Positions 39,699-43,982 of a stretch of 43,982 nucleotides of DNA are shown here, in pieces (within the stretch, counting starts at the first letter, position 1; the number at the start of each line of letters is the position of its first letter). The stretch comes from a virus, in the UHGV virus genome UHGV-0179801. One strand, given 5' to 3'. The notes under the pieces are model-generated. The model made no database searches. It saw nothing but the letters and a program-made list of their open reading frames with translations, and was not told the DNA's origin. A program made the position numbers and the translations under genes.

Positions 39699-40115
39699 CT
39701 ACTTTTCCTGTAATGCTTTGCGCTCAGCGTTATGGAACGCAGCTACCTGGGTTCCAAGCCCTTTGAACTGGTCCAGCAATTTGTTAAATGCTTCTTTAGA
39801 GAAAGGCTCATCAAAACTCCAGCCGTTTACTACTTCTGCCGCGAGTTGTCGGTTGAGATCTTCCGCCAGTTCGTTAACCGCCAGGTTATATTCAGTATAG
39901 TCGCCGGATTTTTTGGCGGCTTTTTCCAGTTCTTCGAAACGCGCCAGCCCGCGGCGGTACGCGATAATGAAAGCACGCCCGGCTTTAACGGCGGCATCCG
40001 CATCCGGATTTACAACGTTAAGCCACTCCCCTGAGTCTTCACCATTTGGTAGGAGAATGGGCATCTTCTTGCCTACCAGTGCTTTCTCTTCGAAATAAAA
40101 ATCAGAAAGTTTCAT
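39699..40115 (-). CDS. tail assembly chaperone (G-like)
   Basis: 138 aa, AAAGGA SD; position immediately upstream of tape measure. Confidence 0.65.
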   Translation of the reverse strand: MKLSDFYFEEKALVGKKMPILLPNGEDSGEWLNVVNPDADAAVKAGRAFIIAYRRGLARFEELEKAAKKSGDYTEYNLAVNELAEDLNRQLAAEVVNGWSFDEPFSKEAFNKLLDQFKGLGTQVAAFHNAERKALQEK

Positions 40116-40222
40116 TCTTTGATCCTTTGGTTAAGAGGTTACAGGTTAAGGGAAATGCGCCAGACGGGAACCACCCGCTTTTCGTGTGCGACACTAGGCG
40201 CAAACTTATTCTAGCACACTAC

Positions 40223-40251
40223 TTGCACACCCCAATATAATAGGGTACTAT
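40223..40251 (+). promoter_or_regulatory. type-A promoter/operator cassette (TTGCAC-N17-TACTAT)
   Basis: TTGCACACCCCAATATAATAGGGTACTAT; opposite strand offers TTGGTG-N16-TATTAT towards chaperone gene. Confidence 0.6.
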
Positions 40252-40281
40252 TCACTTACACCAACAATGGAGGAGTTTAAA

Positions 40282-40473
40282 ATGTCAAGTTTACCAGTTT
40301 CCTTAATTCTGTTTGCACTACTCGCTTATTTTGCGCCTTTCCTGGTTGCATATTTCCGCAACCATAAAGCGAAGTTAGCGATATTCATGGCTAACCTGTT
40401 TCTTGGCTGGATTCTGCTGCCGTGGGTATTTATTTTAATCTGGGCTTGCAACTCGAATGTCAAAGAGAAGTGA
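40282..40473 (+). CDS. superinfection-immunity-like membrane protein (Imm_superinfect type)
   Basis: ORF 40267 trimmed to ATG 40282 (GGAGG SD); 2 TM; YFAPFLVAYFRNHKAKLAIFMANLFLGWILLPW resembles the Imm family motif (memory). Confidence 0.6.
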   Translation: MSSLPVSLILFALLAYFAPFLVAYFRNHKAKLAIFMANLFLGWILLPWVFILIWACNSNVKEK

Positions 40474-40510
40474 GCTAGTATAGGACAAATCCTAAGCACG
40501 AGGAATAAGC

Positions 40511-41641
40511 ATGGCCAGGAAGAAAATAACCGACGAACAGTTGCAGGAAGAATTGAACGCCGGTATGAAGAATATCGACATCGCTCGTAAATACGGCATC
40601 TCAGACCGCGTTATTCGCATCCGTAAAGCGAAGCTGGCAAAGAAAGGCGTAGGTCATGGGCGCGACGTTAGCCACCTTGTGCCAGATGGCTACAAGATTA
40701 AAGGAACGTCGTCACTTGTCGATGAGTTCGGCAACACTAAATTGCAATGGGTTAAGACCGACACCGATGCTGAACGTCAGGTTGAACTGATGAAAGCCGT
40801 GGTTGAAGGTATGAAGTCAGAGATTACCCCGGTTGCGCCTGTTAAAGCGACTCGAGCCAAACGTGACGATAAACTGCTCAATCTTTACACTGTGTCTGAT
40901 TTCCATCTCGGTATGCTTGCATGGGCCGACGAGAGTGGCGACGACTGGGACATGAAGATTGCAGAAGACCTGTTCTCTCGCTGGTTCGACGCAGCGTTTC
41001 AGAAAGCGCCGGACGCAGGAACGGGCGTTATTAACCTGCTTGGTGACCTTGCGCACTTCGATAGTCTGGATGCCGTTACGCCGGCAAGCGGTCATGTTCT
41101 TGACGCAGACACGCGCTATCAGAAACTGGTCCGCTACATGATTCGTATGGTCCGCCGTGTCGTTGATATGGCCCTTGTTAAGCATAAAAATGTTCGCTTG
41201 CTTATTGTGCAAGGGAACCACGACGAGAGTGGCATGATTTGGCTGGCTGAGATGTTCAGTACGCTATACGACAACGAGCCGCGTGTGTTCGTCGATACGT
41301 CACCGGATGTTTACAAGATGGCGCGACACGGCAAAACAACGTTGTTCTTTCACCATGGACATAAAGCACGCTTCGACGCTATCGAGCCGGTTATGATTGC
41401 CAAGTTCCGCAAAGCGTTCGGCGAGAGTGTTTACAGCTACGCTCACGTAGGGCACCTGCACCATCAGAAGATTGTAGAAAGCCGTAACATGATTGTTGAG
41501 CAGCACCGCACTTTAGCGGCTAAAGATGCCTACGCCTCCCGCGGCGGATGGATGTCAGGCCGTAGTGCAAACGTAATTACTTATAGCGCCGAATATGGCG
41601 AGGTCGCGCGTTTAACTATTTCACCGGAGATGCTGGGATGA
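40511..41641 (+). CDS. HTH + calcineurin-like metallophosphoesterase
   Basis: 376 aa; N-terminal HTH NIDIARKYGISDRVIRIR; DFHLG, GDLAHFD, GNHD, HHGH, GHLHH metallophosphatase motifs. Confidence 0.75.
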   Translation: MARKKITDEQLQEELNAGMKNIDIARKYGISDRVIRIRKAKLAKKGVGHGRDVSHLVPDGYKIKGTSSLVDEFGNTKLQWVKTDTDAERQVELMKAVVEGMKSEITPVAPVKATRAKRDDKLLNLYTVSDFHLGMLAWADESGDDWDMKIAEDLFSRWFDAAFQKAPDAGTGVINLLGDLAHFDSLDAVTPASGHVLDADTRYQKLVRYMIRMVRRVVDMALVKHKNVRLLIVQGNHDESGMIWLAEMFSTLYDNEPRVFVDTSPDVYKMARHGKTTLFFHHGHKARFDAIEPVMIAKFRKAFGESVYSYAHVGHLHHQKIVESRNMIVEQHRTLAAKDAYASRGGWMSGRSANVITYSAEYGEVARLTISPEMLG

Positions 41642-41868
41642 CTTCAAAATACAACCGCACAATGACAAACACTCACGGTAGCACTATGACAGTAGATGTT
41701 TACGATGTGCTACGTGCCTTCGACATCCGCGACCCGGCGTTGCAACACGCATTGAAGAAACTATTGTGCATGGGCTTGCGGGGGCACAAGGACACCGGAA
41801 CAGACTTAGCGGAAGCAATTGAAAGTCTGGAGAAGTTACGGGAATATCGAAGCAATATTGACGAATAA
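41638..41868 (+). CDS. DUF3310-like small protein (76 aa)
   Basis: ATGA-coupled; VDVYDVLRAF...HALKKLLCMGLRGHKDTGTDLAEAIESLEKL resembles DUF3310 core (memory). Confidence 0.45.
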   Translation: MTSKYNRTMTNTHGSTMTVDVYDVLRAFDIRDPALQHALKKLLCMGLRGHKDTGTDLAEAIESLEKLREYRSNIDE

Positions 41869-41882
41869 CTACTAGGTATTTT

Positions 41883-42005
41883 ATGAAACTAATTATTAAC
41901 TTCTTTAAAGCCTTAACAGGTAACGATTTTGAGATCGACGGAGGTTGGCTAGTGTATGACCCTACTTTTGATACTTGGTTGTGGCATAAAGAGAAACCTC
42001 GATGA
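41883..42005 (+). CDS. possible 40-aa protein
   Basis: Hand-found ORF MKLIINFFKALTGNDFEIDGGWLVYDPTFDTWLWHKEKPR; no clear SD. Confidence 0.3.
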   Translation: MKLIINFFKALTGNDFEIDGGWLVYDPTFDTWLWHKEKPR

Positions 42006-42009
42006 GAAA

Positions 42010-42035
42010 AAGGCCCCTTTCGGGGCCTTAGTTTT
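42010..42035. terminator. bidirectional GC-hairpin terminator
   Basis: AAGGCCCC-TTTC-GGGGCCTT + AGTTTT; on minus strand followed by TTTTT right after tail-tube stop. Confidence 0.75.
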
Positions 42036-43203
42036 ATGCGTAGGTGATGCGCTGGATAACAATAGACGACTGATATTGGTTGCCGGTAGCCTGGCCTTCG
42101 ATGGACTGAGTGATTGACTCTGGTCCGCCAATCTCAGGCGTAACCGCCGTAAGCTCTGCGCGTTTCAAACTGAAAGACATAACCCCGTTTACCCCCGCCA
42201 GAATAGAGTTAATCTCTACCTGCTGTTCATTGATAAACTTCTGAATCATCGCCATGTCGTACAGCTTGCCGGAGATGGAGAAGGTGTTAGCCGCGCGACC
42301 ACGTTCCACGAACGCAACGCTACTGTTCCCTAGTTCAAACTGAGCGGATGCGCCGTTGTCGTTGGTGATGGTCAGAGTATCGCAACGCAACGGCGTAGAA
42401 CCGTCGAACACGGACACATCTACAGAAGAGAACGGCTCGTCAGTGAACGTCACCTGGGAGAAATCAGAGCCAGACGGCGGCGCGGTAAGAATCTCCTGAC
42501 TCAGACCGATGAATGGGAAGCTCCCCGTTACCATCGCGTTAACAGCCTGCTCGATAGTAAAACCGGAGATTTCCACGCCTTTGGTCAACATGTACGCGTC
42601 CGGGTTCCCGCACTGACCTTTGAACCATGTCAGGATGGAGAAAGTCTTACATGCATTACCGGTTTCCAGTTTGTCACCGGTTTTTCCATCGGTCTCAATA
42701 GGGCCTTCGGCGGTAAGGGTGTGCTGAATGCCGGCGCCAGTAACCACAGTAGCTGTTACGGCAGTAACGATGAACGGCTTAGAGTTATCGCCAGTTAAAG
42801 CGTCAAAATACAGAAGGTCCCCGACCTCTACACCGTCAGTAATGAAACTGCCAGTGTTGCGGGTGAAAGTTTTTGCTACCGGGTCTACCGTAATACCAAC
42901 AGCGGATAAGGTTACCCCATCCTGCCACGTAGATGTCATCGCACCAGCAAGGAAATCATCCTGACTACGGGAGCTAAGCTCAATGGCATACTCCCCGCTA
43001 ACCTGTTTGTTACCGGTGCGGATAGATGTAGTTTCACGGCTGCCGTCCAGTTCGTTGGAAGTCAGCGCATCGCGGGTTACAGCGGGAACACCGCCGGTGT
43101 TACGCAACGGCGACCATACCGGGTTACTTGGTGTTACGCCAGGGGTCACTTCCGCCACATAGAATTGCGCGGTATTCGCGCCCTTAAAAGGAGTTGTAGC
43201 CAT
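42034..43203 (-). CDS. major tail (tube) protein
   Basis: ORF 42034..43209 (GTG) trimmed to ATG 43203 (AAGAGG SD); 389 aa; after tail-terminator-like gene; own terminator. Confidence 0.75.
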   Translation of the reverse strand: MATTPFKGANTAQFYVAEVTPGVTPSNPVWSPLRNTGGVPAVTRDALTSNELDGSRETTSIRTGNKQVSGEYAIELSSRSQDDFLAGAMTSTWQDGVTLSAVGITVDPVAKTFTRNTGSFITDGVEVGDLLYFDALTGDNSKPFIVTAVTATVVTGAGIQHTLTAEGPIETDGKTGDKLETGNACKTFSILTWFKGQCGNPDAYMLTKGVEISGFTIEQAVNAMVTGSFPFIGLSQEILTAPPSGSDFSQVTFTDEPFSSVDVSVFDGSTPLRCDTLTITNDNGASAQFELGNSSVAFVERGRAANTFSISGKLYDMAMIQKFINEQQVEINSILAGVNGVMSFSLKRAELTAVTPEIGGPESITQSIEGQATGNQYQSSIVIQRITYA

Positions 43204-43205
43204 AT

Positions 43206-43622
43206 TCACAGCCTCTTGGTGAATGCAATAAAGTTAATTGACAATGGTCGTTTGGCCCATCCGTTTTCTACAATCAGCGGCCCCAGGCTAACCGATTGAA
43301 CCTCGGCGCAGATGTCGTTACGTGAAAATGACTTACCTGCTTTAAACGCCGTGTTAAGTAAGTCTGCCATTTTATTGATTGGCGCGCTACCTTTCACCGA
43401 TGCATAGTTAATGTCGACCTGATAAATACCGGAGCGTTGTTCCGTGAAGAACAAATCCGCCTGTTCCGTATCCGCAAGTAGCATGTAACTAGCCAGATAC
43501 GGCGTATCGGTTGACGTCGGCGCGTCGATGTTTTCAAGTGCTACCTTGATGCCGTTGGCGGTTCCGAAGGCTACCAGCGGCACATCAAACGCTTTTGTTA
43601 AGTCCTCAAAGTAGCCCATCAT
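43206..43622 (-). CDS. tail terminator / tail completion protein
   Basis: 138 aa, ATGA coupling; position between gp10-like gene and tube gene. Confidence 0.55.
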   Translation of the reverse strand: MMGYFEDLTKAFDVPLVAFGTANGIKVALENIDAPTSTDTPYLASYMLLADTEQADLFFTEQRSGIYQVDINYASVKGSAPINKMADLLNTAFKAGKSFSRNDICAEVQSVSLGPLIVENGWAKRPLSINFIAFTKRL

Positions 43623-43982
43623 TTCACCTTGTTGGCTTCTTCGTTAATGAGTTGCTGGAAGCGGGACACATTTATCCTGACCATGCCTTGTGGGGCCTGT
43701 TTCGACCAATGGCCGTACTCCAACCGTTGCGCATACGGCAGGTTGTTTGTCAGCGTGAACTCGTGCCAGTCTGCTGCTTTCAGTACGAAACTCGTAGCGT
43801 TTCCGATAGCTATGTTTCCTGATTTATCCGTAGCGTCCGTAATCCCGGGGGCAGGAATGCCACCAGACGCCATCCAGTTCATACGAAAGCGGCCCGTATC
43901 TACCGGACTCGCCTTTATGATAGCGGAAAACAGCTTGATAGACACCTGACGCATAACCTTCTCAGGGTTCTTCTTCGCCTTT
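43619..43982 (-). CDS. HK97 gp10-like neck protein (3' part; 5' end at 35..1)
   Basis: PVDTGRFRMNW motif; frame open to window end (..KAKKNPEKVMRQV) and continues in frame from 35..1. Confidence 0.7.
   Translation of the reverse strand, partial: KAKKNPEKVMRQVSIKLFSAIIKASPVDTGRFRMNWMASGGIPAPGITDATDKSGNIAIGNATSFVLKAADWHEFTLTNNLPYAQRLEYGHWSKQAPQGMVRINVSRFQQLINEEANKVK

Noticed and set aside
1-43982. Possible temperate lifestyle, because a Cro/CI-type HTH and a superinfection-immunity-like gene are present.
   Set aside because: I could not recognise any integrase, recombinase, excisionase-integrase pair, attP-like repeat, ParAB or telomerase. The XRE protein is Cro-sized. The evidence fits a lytic phage with a transcriptional switch, so lysogeny is not claimed.
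1-43982. Scan for CRISPR-like arrays, long direct or terminal repeats, IS elements and tRNA clusters.
   Set aside because: The only repeats found are the ~30-bp promoter cassettes, the 24-nt leaders and the terminator stems. There is no spacer-repeat periodicity, and no transposase or inverted terminal repeats.

Overview
The window reads as one complete, circularly permuted ~44-kb genome of a tailed dsDNA phage with siphovirus-type tail genes. The two window ends join in frame inside a neck gene. Gene order and content remind me of enterobacterial Jersey/K1G-like siphoviruses, but that is memory only; no search was possible.

Layout: a ~430-bp non-coding control region (18.09-18.52 kb) separates two divergent arms.
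- Rightward arm (+, 18.5-30.8 kb): small HTH protein, primase/RecA-type helicase, one lone minus-strand Cro/CI-type HTH gene, DUF2591-like protein, DUF2800 Cas4-like nuclease, DUF2815 SSB-like protein, family-A DNA polymerase, VRR-NUC, C5-cytosine methyltransferase, SNF2 helicase.
- Leftward arm (-, 18.0 kb down to 1, wrapping to 43982 and down to 30.8 kb): about 25 small early genes (including an HslV/proteasome-like Ntn hydrolase), then holin, a second membrane protein and a GH24 endolysin. More small genes follow, then terS, terL, portal, MuF-like protein, Ig-like protein, spanins, scaffold, major capsid, Ig-like decoration and neck genes. The arm ends with tail tube, G/GT chaperones, tape measure, tip proteins, J-like fibre and tailspike.
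- Three visibly AT-richer rightward islands interrupt the late arm. Each has its own promoter and a GC-hairpin terminator.

I saw no tRNA, rRNA, CRISPR array, integrase or transposase.

Most noteworthy observations:
1. The methyltransferase locus is open in two overlapping frames, and both carry recognisable MTase-family motifs (possible overprinting or recoding).
2. A 173-aa truncated homologue of the DnaN beta clamp keeps the peptide-binding-cleft blocks but lacks the ring-forming parts.
3. An AATAG-N4-CTATT dyad sits in at least 11 sigma70-like promoters, with a Cro-like protein as candidate regulator.
4. Three replication proteins share a C-terminal ...EDLE tail.
5. The spanin pair lies ~9 kb from the lysis cassette, behind a palindrome/promoter/leader/terminator arrangement.

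All functional calls rest on motif recognition and gene context only.
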